Below, one piece after another: positions 25,181-37,699 of a DNA stretch of 64,000 nucleotides. The notes beneath the pieces were generated by a model. It was not told where the DNA came from. It did no database searches and saw only the letters and a list, made by a program, of their open reading frames with translations. The position numbers were made by a program, and so were the translations under genes. The stretch lies in contig NC_058368.1 of assembly GCF_018350175.1 (NCBI RefSeq), positions 49,663,815 through 49,727,814 of the forward strand. The letters run 5' to 3'. This DNA is from Felis catus (Eukaryota). How positions within the stretch are numbered: position 1 is the stretch's first letter; every line of letters begins with the position of its first letter.

Positions 25181-25794
25181 TTTAAGTGCTTTCCATCTAG
25201 CAGTAGAGCTGACACTCCACTTGAAAAAAAAGATGAAGTATTCAACGTGGAAGTACAGGCATAATGTAAGAAAAAGCATAAGAAGATGAGCCACATGAAT
25301 GCAGGAATTCTTGTCAATTTGCTCACAGCTTTTTACCAGCATCTTCCCTTGCCTGGCACACAGTAATGCATAACAGTTACTTGTTGAAAAGAATGAGAGT
25401 AAGCCACTCTGCCATGCAGCATCAGATTCAGTGTTCAGCCCAGCAGAGGGCCAAGAAACCATGAAAACTCACTGGAAATGAACAGGTGAGGACATACCAA
25501 AGTCAGACACTGCTAACAAGCCACAGAGTCAAGAGGCGGTAGGTATCTGCTGCTCTGTGAGGCTCTGTGATTAGTTCAAGAAGAAATTCCATCAAATTGA
25601 TAGTAAGACCTAAACAGGACAGATGTTAAGAGGCAAGAAATACCCAGAGCCTGGCAGAAGGCTCTGAGTCCCCATGATTCTTGGTACTTAATTCATAAGA
25701 AATCACCCAGGAGCAAAAGAAAACCATTTTGACCTTCTGGATGTGGTTTTTCCCATGATTTTGACTCCCTTTTGTGAGTGGGTTTCTCTCCTTA

Positions 25795-26149
25795 TAATGT
25801 TTATGTTCTTACAGTTCTGTGAGACTGGGAAGATCTTAGACTGAGAAGTCTAAAATCAAGGTGACAATTAGTGATGTTTGATGTCACCTCTCCCCTTGGG
25901 TTGCAGAAGGCTACATTCTTGCTGTGTGTTCTCACAGCCCCTCCCTTGTGTGTGCTTGTAGAGAGAGTGTGAGCTTTCTGGTGTCTCTTCCGTTGAGGAT
26001 ACTAAGTCTATTGGATCAAGACCCACCTTTATGACCTCACTGAACCTTAACTACTTCCTTAGAGGTCTCATCTTGAAATTCAGCCACAATGGGGGTTAGA
26101 GCTCCAATACATAAATTTGGGGATGGGGGACACTATTCAATCTATAGCA
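25795..26149 (-). mobile_element. MLT1A-like MaLR LTR
   Basis: cccacctttatgacctcactgaaccttaactacttcc...gggggttagagct...cactattcaatctatagca. Confidence 0.8.
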
Positions 26150-26820
26150 CACACACTTTGTGCAATGTAAACTAGTTGGGGGGGGGGGAAGGGAAAGGGT
26201 TTCAAATCTAAATCCTGAGAGTGAATGATGAGCTGTGAAAAGCATAGATGAGGTAGACATAAAGCATGAACACACACATGGCCCAAGAGGAAACTCATTA
26301 GCTAAAGGAAGCCTCTGTCAGCAAGAAATTCCATGAGATTCTAGGGAAACTAAGAACTTCTTTTAATTGATAACACTTAAGTGACTCATACTTACAAATC
26401 TTCTTCCTAAATTTAAGAAACAGATTAGGCTAAGGTTCAAAACAATTAGAGTCACATATGAGGCAAATAACTTCAGGTTACTTAGAGAAAATGGGTACTC
26501 AAGCCTCCTTCCCACACTGGGCATTGGATATCCCTGGGGCAGGCTGCCAATGGCTGGAGAAGGAAGCCACCATATCCCCTTCTCTGCTAGAGCCAAAGAC
26601 CAATGGAAGAGTTAGGTGTACTCCATTCTTCTCCACACCTCCCCAGCCTAGGGGAATTCAGTATGATCACAATAGTACAACTGCATTTTTCTTATCCTGC
26701 TCCCATCCTGCATTAAAGGAATTCCAACCTCCTCCAGAGGCCCCTATCTGCCCCTTGCAGAACTATTTCTAAGTGTTCTAGTGGATAACTTGAACTCAGT
26801 CTTCTTCCTTCTAGAACTCT

Positions 26821-27066
26821 TTTTTTTTAAGTATCTATGTATGTATGTATGTATGTATGTATGTATTTGTTTGTTTGTTTTCAGAGAGAGAGAGCAGAGA
26901 GAGAGCTTGCACATGTGCAATGGGGCAGAGAGAAGGAAAGAATCCTAAGCAGGCTCTGCACACCAGCACAGAGCCCGAGGCTGGGCTTGAATTTACAAAA
27001 CGAACCATGAGATCATGACCTGAGCAGAAACCAAGAGCTCAACTGACTGAGCCACCCAGGTGCCCC
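26821..27066 (-). mobile_element. CanSINE with (TATG)n tail
   Basis: TSD tagaactcttt on both sides. Confidence 0.92.
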
Positions 27067-28342
27067 CTTCTGTAGAACTCTTTATGGTGAAATGTAATGG
27101 ATGTCTCTGCCCTGAAAGAAGCCAGGGCACCTCAAATGCACACAATATCTTCCAGAGCCTTTGTCACCCACCTTACTGCTTTTGAACTGCCCACACTGGC
27201 ATTTGCTGGGGCTGTCATTATGCAGCTCTCAGAACTGGAGAAAAAAATACCCCACCTTGGTCTCTGTGCTATAGCACTAAATCACATGAGAAGCTATAGC
27301 TTCTCAGTGAGTATTGACCTACATCAAGCTTATGGGTCTTGATTCTTGCTGCTGTGAACATGAGTTATTTCCACAAAGGCTGCTTGTTCTTTCCAACATA
27401 CAAGAAACTAGGGATCACCTCCGGTTCTTCAAAAAAGCCAACTATACTCAAGTTAGGTGAACACAAATTGAGTCAATCTTACTTCCTTTCCAACAAGGGA
27501 ATCCAGAAAGAAAGCCTTAAGCCTTGGGATGGAGAATCTAATGACAGAAGACAACTGTTTAGAAAACAAAAAAGTTCAAAATAGAGACAAAGAGAGCACT
27601 TCCAAAATGTCAAAGTGGGGACCTCCAGAAATTCACTCCTTCATAAAAGCAGCAAGAACACTAGCAAAGTTGGTCAAAATCAACTTTTTCAGGACTCCAG
27701 AAATTAACCAAAGGTTTAAAGCAATTTATTCAAAACATAAACACATATATACACACACACCTGACTCTCATTATGAACATGCCACCCTCCCAAGTGTGTG
27801 ATAACTTTGAAAAACAGCAGCTCCACAACCATGAAAACTATGAAGATGATCAGCCCAGGAGTCACTAGTTAAAAAAAAAAAAAAGAATTTAGAGGCTCCC
27901 AAAAGTCCCATTTCCAAAGAACTGTCACTATTTGACCTGTGTGAAAGTCCCCTAAGAAAGTACCATAAACAGAGTTTATCTTTATTTGACCTGACTCAGG
28001 GCTCACTCAGTGGGAGAAGTCCTATCCCTACGGTGTTAAAAATAAAACAAGCAATTATTTAAAACTGCAGCTACCTAAGGCAGTGACACAACTTAGCATA
28101 AATAAGAGACTGCCTAAACAATTTAAAAGGAAAATCTAGAGAATGAGACATCCATTAGGGTCTTTACAACATTCAGATATATTCCTGGAGATCAAGAAAG
28201 CCATGTACACAGGTAGGCCTGCGCGCCCACCAGAAAGACCTAAAAAGGCCCTAATCTTGTGTTCTGGCTGCCTTAAAGTTCTGCACAAGCAGAAAGTGAA
28301 GGCTAAGGCAGAGCTGGAGACTGCTGAGCATTGAAGACATCC

Positions 28343-28630
28343 TATAATTAGTTTTCTGTTGCTGCTGTAACAAATTACCAGAAACTTCATGGCTTAAAAC
28401 AAGAAAAATTATCTAATATTTCTGGAGACTAGAAATTTCAAATGGGTGTCACTGAGCTTAAATGAAAGTGTTGGCATGGCTTTGTTCTTTCTTGAAGTTC
28501 TAGGGGAAAATCCATTTCCTTTCCTTTTCTGTCTTCTAGAGGCTGCCCATATTCCTTGGCTCATGACTTCCACTTCTGTGGTCACATCTTTGTCTCTCCT
28601 GCCTCCTTTCTGCCTCTCTAAGAACCAGAT
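28343..28630 (-). mobile_element. MLT1 (C/D-like) LTR fragment
   Basis: gttgctgctgtaacaaattaccagaaactt...ggcttaaaac...ttctagaggctgccca. Confidence 0.8.
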
Positions 28631-28710
28631 AAGGTAACTCTATGAAAATATGTATACCAAAAAATTAGATAACCTTAATAAAACATATTCTTAGAAAAAC
28701 ATAAAATACA

Positions 28711-28940
28711 GGGGTGCCTGGGTGGCTCAGTCAGTCAAGCGTCCAACTTCAGCTCAGGTCATGCTCTCACAATCTGCGAGTTTTAGCCCCACATCAGGCT
28801 CTGTGCTGACAGCTCAGAGCCTGGAGCCTGCTTCGGATTCTGTGTCTCCCTCTCCCTCTGCACCGCCCCCACTTGCACTCTGTCTGTCTCTCTCTCTCAA
28901 AAATAAATAATAAACATTAAAAAAATTATATAATAAAAAA
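28711..28940 (+). mobile_element. CanSINE inserted in L1
   Basis: TSD agaaaaacataaaatac. Confidence 0.95.
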
Positions 28941-29260
28941 AGAAAAACATAAAATACCAAAACTGACTTAAGAAGAAATCAGGAATATGAATAAAGCTAT
29001 AATAAGTTAAAGAGTTTGAGTTAATAATTTAAAACTTTACACAAAGAATAAATCCCAGGAACAGATTACTTCATTGGTGAATTCCACCAAACATTTAAAG
29101 AAGAATACCAAGCCTTCACAAATCCTTCCAAAAACAGAAAAGAAAGGAAATTTTCCCAACTTATTCTATTAAACTAATACTAAGACCAAATGAAGATATC
29201 TCAAGAAAACTATAAACCAATATCCCTTGTGAATACAGATACAAAATCTTCAAATAAATA

Positions 29261-29500
29261 CAGTAAAACCTTGATTTGTGAGCATATTTTGTTCTAGAAA
29301 CAAGCTTGTAATCCAAAGCACTCGTATATCAAAGCAAATGTCAAGAACCATTGGCTCAGTTGTGATCATGTGACATTCAGCATCACGTACTACTCTGTTG
29401 CAAGACATCATTCATTTATCAAGTTAAATTTTATTAGGAATGTTTGCTTGTCTTACAAAACACTCACAGAACAAGTTACTCTCAATCCAAGGTTTTACTG
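29261..29500. mobile_element. 240-bp Tc1/mariner (Tigger-type) MITE
   Basis: TIRs cagtaaaaccttg / caaggttttactg, TA duplication at 29259-60 and 29501-02, interrupts L1 ORF2. Confidence 0.9.
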
Positions 29501-30295
29501 TACTTGTAAACCAAATCCATAAACACCTGAAAAGCACTATGGCTATGACCAGTTGGAATGCAATGTGAGGTTGAATGCAAGGTTGGCTTAACACCTGAAA
29601 ATCAATCAACAGAACATACCATATAAATAAAATTAAGCACGAAAATCACATCATCTCAATAGATGTAGAAAAAATACTTGACAAAAAATCCAACACCCAT
29701 TCATGATAAAAACATTTGGAGAACAAAAAATAGAAGAGAACTTCTTTAACTGGATACAGAATACTATTTAAAAACAAAACAAAACACACAGCTAAGATTA
29801 TATTTGGTTATAAGAAACTGAATGCTTTCCCCCTAAGATCTGGAAAAGACAAGGATGCCCACTCTCACTCTCCTTTAATACTTTCATTCAACATTTTTAC
29901 CAAAGGTGCTGGTCAAGACAACTAGGCAAGAGAGGGGGAGGCATCCAAATTGTAAAGGAAGAAGTAAAACTATTCACAAATGAAATGATCTTAATGATAA
30001 AAAAAACCCTAAAAAGTACACAAAATACTATTAGAGGTAGTAAACAATTCTAGCAAAGTTGTAGGATACAAGATCAATACACAAAAATCAATTATCTTTT
30101 AAACACGAACCATGAACAATCCAAAATAAAATTAAGTTTTGCAGTCACAATAGCATCCAAAAGAATAAAATGCTTATCAATAAATTCAAGAAATGAAGGG
30201 CAAGTCTTACACACTGGAAACAACAGAAACGGGGAAATGGGGAATGAAAGCTAATGGATAAGGAGTTTCTGTTTAGGCTTATGAAAACATTCTGG

Positions 30296-30410
30296 GGGGT
30301 ACCTGGTTGGTTGAGTTGATAGAGCACGGAACTCTTGATGTCAGAGTTGTCAGTTTGAGCCCCACTTTGGGTACAGAGATTACTTTAAAAACGATAATCT
30401 TTAAAAAAAA
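30296..30410 (+). mobile_element. Short older carnivore SINE
   Basis: ggggtacctggttgg...tttgagccccactttgggtacagagattactt; flanked by aaa(c/a)attct. Confidence 0.8.
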
Positions 30411-31480
30411 TTCTAGAATTAGTGGTTATGTTTGCACAACTTTGGTAATCTACTAAAAAGCATTAAAGTGTACATTTTAAACAGTGAATTTATGGTATGT
30501 GAATTATATCTCAATAAAGTGTTATTTAAAAAATAAACTGCTATTTTTTAAATTAGAGAGAAAGAAAGCAGTAAAAACTGTACTTACTCTACATATATTC
30601 AGGAGTACCTGTTAGGTGACAAGGCACTTTTATGTAAGAATAGCCTGGGTGTTTAGTAAAATGTAGATTCCAAAGAAAACAGGTACAGGGAGAGACCAGA
30701 ATCTACACTTCAATAGATCATCAAGCAATTTTTTATGAATACTATTACAGAACAATTTATGTGTAGAGAATATAAATGCAAAAGACACAGTCTCTGCCCT
30801 CAGGAAGGTTATAAAATAATATTAGATAATGTGTCCCCAGTCCTGGATGTCCTGTCATTAGTTTTGGCCTCTAGAGTCACCAGGGGTAATTTAAGCAAAG
30901 ATCAAGCTGGGTGTTTAGACAGTTTAATTATCCTCAAGATGGTTCTCAAGAGAAGGCAGCCCAGCTCATAGGGTACCTTACTGACCAAAACTTACTTAGG
31001 TCACAAGAAACCCTATCCCCCAGGACAATATTTTACACTCCTCTCCCAATTTCTGGACATTCTGCATCACTGTAATTGCTGGGGAGAAAGGCTATTATCA
31101 AAAGAGCAGGAGGATTAAAATGTAAAATTCAGAAATGACTGTCTTATACAGTCCTTGACTACCTTTTCTCTATAAGTGTTTGGAATCTCATGACCCTTGG
31201 CATGCACCCCTATAACATTGAACATCTCAGCTCCAAAGACATGACATAGCCTCCTTTTTTAATACGGAATCCATCAGGGAAACATCAATCTGTGAAGGGA
31301 AATTTCCAAGTCTCTAGCATCTATCACTCTGCTAGGGTAAGGAATGTATATCTTTGTCCTATATGTAACTGAGGTAAAGGCTATCTCTGAATGGCACAGT
31401 TTAATAAATAAAGAAACACGGAGAATTAAGACATTCCTTAACGTAAAAATGACAAGAGGCTCATCAAGTGACTAATTTTT

Positions 31481-31600
31481 TTTATAAATATGAAATTTGT
31501 CAAATTGGTTTCTATACAACACCCAGTGCTCATCCCAAAAGGTGCCCTCCTCAATACCCAGATATCACCTCACGCCAGTCAGAGTGGCTAAAATGAACAA
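31481..31600 (-). mobile_element. Tiny 5'-inverted felid L1
   Basis: Reverse L1 3' end followed by a forward ORF2 piece; direct repeat atcaagtgactaattttt at 31463-31480 and 31601-31618. Confidence 0.88.
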
Positions 31601-31728
31601 ATCAAGTGACTAATTTTTAAAGACAAAGGAAGAGAACTTCTCCCCAGAGGTTAAGGCCTTCTTAAGTGGCAAGCCCATCATACTGCCCCATTTACAAGAG
31701 ATGTCTTTTGTTTCAGTCTTCCCTACAG

Positions 31729-31809
31729 ATAAATATAAATATAAATATAAATATAAATATAAATATAAATATAAATATAAATACAAATATAAATATAAAT
31801 ATAAATATA
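31729..31809. repeat. (ATAAAT)n hexamer repeat
   Basis: Direct reading; one unit interrupted by C. Confidence 0.95.
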
Positions 31810-32120
31810 GTTACCAGTTCACTGTATCAAATGAAAGTGTTCCAAAAGTACAAGATCCCTTCCAATATGCAGAGGCCAAGTCCATGATGGAAAAGATAGC
31901 CTTGTAGTTACATGAGCTATGAACCATGTAACAGGGGACAGTGCGATAAGCACTAGATCTGGACTCTGAAGTCCTGAATTCTAATTCTTAGCAGTTGAAG
32001 GCTTTAGTGGGTATTTGATGGCTAGTAAAATTGCAAAATTCCTCCTCATAGTTCTGGGCCTCCACGTCCTCTTCTATAAAATGAGAGTCATTTATAAAGT
32101 TGAATCCAAGGATAACATGA

Positions 32121-32480
32121 TGTGGTAGATGTTGTGGTGCCCTGCCCTGATCTGTCCCCCTTCGCCTGAGACGGAAGTACTCCTTAGTTCCCTCAGCAGC
32201 TGAGGGAATTGGGGACTGACAGCTCACACAGAGTTTCCACTCTAGAGACTGTCCTACGTTGCTCAAAGACACAGCTCTTGTGTGGAGATGGGGAGGGAGC
32301 AACTTGCAGTTGATAGGGAGAGACTGCATTCAAGTCCAAGCCCTGCCCCAACACCCTTCAACCTTCCAGAGCCATCCCAGCTGCAGAGCTCCTCTCTCTG
32401 CTCAGGGTTCCTTCCTTTGCTCACTAGTTAACTGCCTCCCTGTAAATCTCAGAGATCTCCAGGAATCTGGCAAGAAGGGA
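32121..32480. mobile_element. LTR16-like ERVL LTR
   Basis: tgtggtagatgttgtggtgccctgccc...gactgacagctcaca...ccatcccagctgcagagctcc. Confidence 0.55.
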
Positions 32481-33260
32481 GATACAGGTTTCCCCCATTA
32501 TCCAAGATCTGAAACCTTCTATAAGCTGAAAAGGCTTAAAGTGAAGAAGCGATTGCCATTAATTTATATAAAAAAGATCTTGAGCGTTCCCAGACCCAAA
32601 AATTAACCTCTCTTAGGATTTTCTGATACCTTAGAACACTTGCTAGGCAGATGGACAAAATAAATTGAGACAGAGCCCCGTGGCTGACAGACATGTCTCA
32701 GAGCTCTGGCAGCTTGGTGCTGAGATGCTGAGTGTGGTTCCCAGGGAAGGAGCTCGGTGGGGCTGCTCTAGCTGTTCAGGGTGTGTTCAAATTGCCTCTA
32801 TAAAGTCTCCTGTAAAACACCCTGAATACTATTTTGGCTTTTTGCCTTTTTTTCATTAAAATGAAAATCCTCTTCAGATATCTTTCAGATAGCATAAAAC
32901 AGGTGGTAATGCGGTTCTTTCATAAAACAGAAATGGCATAAAGCAAACATTCAGAAAGCAGGGATCACCTGTAATGTAAACAAATTGCATTTTACAAACT
33001 GTGAAGTACTGCTCAAATGTTTTACACAGAACACCAGCACCACTGGGTGCCTTAGGGAGTAAATCAGTAACAAAACAGTTGCAGTCCACTTCTAAAAACT
33101 AAAGGGACCAAACTCCCCTTCTCTTCACCACTTCACACCAATACTTTCCTCTAACCACTACACTGAGCACAGAAACTTCCCAGATGCATGCATCAGCCAC
33201 TAGAAGCTCCAAGCACAGTCCAGGCTGCTGTGAGCACCTCTTCCTCCATTACAATCTCCA

Positions 33261-33261
<1 letters not shown>

Positions 33262-33291
<30 letters not shown>
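33262..33291. repeat. (CTG)n trinucleotide repeat, ~9-10 units
   Basis: Direct reading. Confidence 0.95.
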
Positions 33292-33292
<1 letters not shown>

Positions 33293-35986
33293 CAGCCCCT
33301 ACTGTCCTTTCATTTACCAACAAGTTATAGTCACTGCCCTTATAGTCCCTGCAGCACTGTTCCTTCCACCATCTCTGCAGAAAAGACTCATAACGCACCT
33401 ACAGAATAGCCACCCACCCCTCCTCCCATGGCCCACATGGTTCTTTAAGCTCCTTTCCCTCTCCTGGGTTGTTGGCGGAGAGCTCTCCCAGAAAGCCAAG
33501 CCGCTTGGGTCTTGGGTGTAAACCTGGGTGTTTCATGCATGGAGGTTTTCATTCCTTTTCACTTTCCCAGGCTAAGCAGCAGCCTTTGTCTTCCTCCTCT
33601 CCCTCATCCTTGACCAGAATGGCAGCTCCATTCATGCCACAGATGGTATCTGTGATACCAGCCTCTCCCATTTCAGGAATATGTGGTTCCCTTTAATGAT
33701 GAGTATGCTCTCAAGAAGTAGAGGCAGAGTGGATGCTGTAGGAAGAAGAAACAGCACAGACAAAAATGAAGGAAGAAGGTGTGTAATTGGTCCTGCAGAC
33801 TGCAGGAGACTCATGCAAGGGAGTATAGGAAGGAAAGGCTGGAAAAGGACATGGTGGTCAGATTTTTGAGACTTAAAGGCCAATCCAAGGAGTTTAGAAT
33901 ATGCATCACAGACTAGTAGTTTTCAATCTGATGCCCCAAAATATTAATCCCAGGAAACCCACTGTGGGGTGGGAAGAGTAGTGTTTTATAGCTAAATAAG
34001 TATGGGAAGTGGGAACCACCATAACCAACATCTCTTCAAGCATATTAAAGGTACATACAAGTCCCACAGTGAAAATTACCACCCCCATAGTTAATTTACT
34101 TTATTTACCCCAGTACTTTCAAATCTATGAAACCTTTATTTTGGTTAAAGGCAATTACCACATTCTACTGGACCATGTTTGGGGAAATGTTGTTATAAGT
34201 TAGGTTTAGTAACTGAAGATACTTGAAAAAGGAAATTGACACAACTAAACCAATACAATTGGACAATCAAGTTGAAGTTCAGAATGTATTGAAGAAGAGA
34301 AGGGAGAGTGAGATCAATAAAGAGGTGTTGGCAGGAGTTGAGATAAAGGTGTACAGATCCAGACCACAGGGCTTATATAAGAATGGAAAAGAAGAATGAA
34401 TATTAACAGAAATTATTAGCTGGAGTTAGCAGAATTGTTTACCAACTGAATTTAAGAAGATGCCAAGTGAAAGAAAGGAAGGAAGTTTTAGCATCCAGTT
34501 TCTAGTCAAAAGAGTAATTTCAAGGCTGAGAGAAATGGAGACATCAGAAGGAAAAGGTAATAGATTTGATTTCAGATACAGACACTTCATGTCCATGATA
34601 TCCAGTAATTTGTTTCTCTTTTTCTATTGTGAATTCCCAAAGTTTGACACAACATAAATTCCCCATTAATGTGACTGAATAAGTGAAAATAATTCCAATA
34701 AGAAACTTTCATAAACTATGTAAGAAAAAACTTGGGACTTCTGTGTCCAGGATTAGTATGGAGTCTGTGAAAAAGGCTGCAAATAAATCAAAATGGAATC
34801 TTTGGACTTAGGACATTGAGTCATTCTAAATCTACATATAGAAGAGAAAATTAGGGGTCCTGATACCCAGAAAAAGAAATGATGGAAAATGGAGTATCAC
34901 TTTTCAAACAGTGAGTTATATTTTAAAGAAAAAAAAATGGGGAAATAGAACCATCAAAGGAGACAAAAACAGTAATCAGTAGGGCAGAGAAAAAGCCAAG
35001 ACAGTGATCAAAACGATGTCAAAGAAAAAATAAATAAAGCAAAACCCTACACGTAGATGGGATTTTTAAATGTATTTTATATGCTTGTATTCTTAAAGCT
35101 TATTATTTTTTAGGTGAAAAAATGTCCTCCACCTCAAAAAAGAAGAGGAGGAAAAGAGAGCTTTAAAAATTGCATGCTTCAGGCTTGTGGAAATCTATTG
35201 TCTGCCAGCATCAGACATGGTATTTACTTCAAGCCATATTCAGCCATGTACAGTATTTCAAAACTGCCACCCAGTAATTTAAAATGACAAGAAAAATAAT
35301 ATAATGGATGCATGCTTGATTTCTCCTTCTCCCATCCTACAATAAGGGCGAGGGGTCTGAAGGCTCTTGATTATTCTCTCACCAGAAGTAGCAAAGACTC
35401 TGAAAACAGCAAAGTTGGATTTGACTTCTACTTGGATGTTTCCTTCAATGACCTGAAGCTCAAGGTCTCATTCCCTGGGAAGGGAAAGGAAGGAGCACAC
35501 TATGAGATGTTAGCATGAAGCAGGTGGATGGCCTAATGGTACTTCTGCTTTCCCCTCTGTGGAGTTTCCTTCAGGGACTTCTGTGCAGGCGCCTCGAGAG
35601 TACTATAACTAAATCTCAACTAGATTGAGAACTTTTAGAAATTCCTTATCACAGGACCTTTCATAGTATGAGAACAATCCACATTCTTTCCAAGATTATT
35701 TCCTATCTTTTCCTTCAGAGTCTACTCCCCCAAGCACATGGACAACTCACAATGGATTCATGCTTGTTCATGTTGTCTTGCCTGTGCACCTTCTGAATTC
35801 CCTCCGCTTGGAATTCCCCACGCCTCGTCCCAACTCCACCTCTTCCTTTAGAGATGTGGATGTTAACCTCCTTGGGGAAAACTTCTTTACTAGTCCACCA
35901 CCCACAGCCATGAAATATACCAAAGGACAGGTGAAGAGGAAGTCTAGGAGAAAATGAGGCTGATACCTATTTAAAATGCAGGGCTA

Positions 35987-36202
35987 GGGGCGCCTGAGTG
36001 GCGCAGTCGGTTAAGCGTCTGACTTCAGCCAGGTCACGATCTCGCGGTCCATGAGTTCGAGCCCCGCGTCAGGCTCTGGGCTGATGGCTCAGAGCCTGGA
36101 GCCTGTTTCCGATTCTGTGTCTCCCTCTCTCTCTGCCCCTCCCCCGTTCATGCTCTGTCTCTCTCTGTCCCGAAAATAAATAAACGTTGAAAAAAAAATT
36201 TT
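35987..36202 (+). mobile_element. Young cat-type CanSINE (SINEC_Fc-like)
   Basis: CpG-rich; TSD aaatgcagggct. Confidence 0.97.
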
Positions 36203-36309
36203 AAATGCAGGGCTTATCCATTATTTAAAAAGTAAAAAATCAACCTGAAAAGATGATAATGTATGGCTGCTAAACTCATGAAAACAGAAAGAAGCAGACA
36301 TTTAAGACT

Positions 36310-36835
36310 GTTGTTGGAAATACACAGCACAGCCTATGAAGTATTCTTGCCCAAGTAAAAAGAAAAAAAAAAAAAATCAAACCTGCATCTGGTCAAGCCT
36401 CTGGATCTAACGCCTATTTACAGGAAGCCTGGGCAACAACAGCACAAGGATGTAATCAACAAAATCCAGGCTATGGGCAACTTCACAGAATGAATGATCA
36501 ATTTTGTCAACAATGTAATTAGGAGGAAAATCAAAAGAGATGTTGGGGAGGAGCTTTAGATTAAAAGAGACTTGAAAGACATTTCAACCAATTGCCAACT
36601 ATGTGCCTTATTTGGATCCTAACTCAAACAAACTATTTAGAAATATGTGAGGGGCACCTGGGTGTCTTAGTTGATTAAGCATCTAACTCTTGATTTTGGC
36701 TCAGGTCATGATCTCATGCTTCATGAGATCCAGACTCAAGTGGGTTTTGCCCTGATAGTGTGGAGCCTGCTTGGGATTTTCTCTCTCCCTCTCTCTCTGC
36801 CCCTCCCCACACTTGTGTGTACATGTGCTCTGTCA

Positions 36836-36890
<55 letters not shown>

Positions 36891-36990
36891 GAAATTTCAG
36901 GAATCTGAAAACTGCGTATTTGTTGATAATCGGTAATTGTTAATTTTCAAAGCTGAGTATTGGGGTTATGGTCACATTTGAATAAAATAT
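36310..36990 (+). mobile_element. L1MC-type 3' fragment interrupted by a SINE
   Basis: gaagtattcttgcc, caagcctctggatcta, agattaaaagagactt, tatttggatcct. Confidence 0.6.
36651..36890 (+). mobile_element. CanSINE with (TAAA)n tail
   Basis: Standard head; ~13 taaa units. Confidence 0.92.
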
Positions 36991-37427
36991 CTCTGAGCCT
37001 CATCTGACACCCCTAAATTCACCCCAATCCCAAAAGTGAGACCCCACAATTCAGAGAGATCAGTGTAGAACCCAAGAAGAAAGCAACAAGTTCTTAACCC
37101 CAAAGAACAAATGTCACCATCTCAGTTTAAGACAAATATTTGAAAAGGGATATAAACAGGTAGCCAAAGGATAATTTTCTTTTTATTTTTTTTTCTGTTT
37201 TGAGGACTCTTTATTTGTGCTCAAGGCCTTTAAGCCCAATGATAGTGCCTATTACATAGAAAGGTCTCTATTTCACAATCCTCTTAGAGGATTCTTTAAA
37301 TCATGATTTATGAATATGGCAAAAAGACTAGTTTAAAAAGATGAAACTCTTTCTTATAATGAATTATTTATGAATTATTTATTGATCCCAATAAACTGAT
37401 GAATTGCGTTTGTGTGTAAGCTCATTA

Positions 37428-37619
37428 GGTTTTTTTTAATGTTTATTTTTGAGAGAGAGAGAGCATGAGCAGGGGAGGAGTGGAGAAAGAGGGAGACACA
37501 GAATCAGAAGCAGGCTCCAGGCTCTGAGCTATCAGCACAGAGCACGACACAGGGCTCCAACTCAAGAAACCTGAGCCAAAGTCAAGACACTTAACCCAAC
37601 TGAGCCACCCAGTCGCCCC
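37428..37619 (-). mobile_element. CanSINE
   Basis: T tail, gaatcagaagcaggctccaggctctgagct, ends gccacccagtcgcccc. Confidence 0.92.
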
Positions 37620-37699
37620 AACCAGTTCTTAGATTTTAAAAAATTACCTTTAACTATCAGAACAATGAAGACTCAGCACACAACCAGTATAAGGGCAGT

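Larger units (their letters stand above)
27600..30535 (+). mobile_element. Fragmented old L1 (5' region, ORF2 pieces, L1MB-type 3' end) hosting several insertions
   Basis: ORF2-like aaaatcttcaaataaata|cttgtaaaccaaatcc, catctcaatagatgtagaaaaa, aagacaaggatgcccactctca; 3' end tatctcaataaag. Confidence 0.85.

Noticed and set aside
31666..31907. (IN)n and (YK)n ORFs
   Set aside because: Translation of the ATAAAT repeat
33188..33521. Poly-Ala / poly-Leu ORFs, the latter resembling a signal peptide
   Set aside because: Produced by the CTG microsatellite
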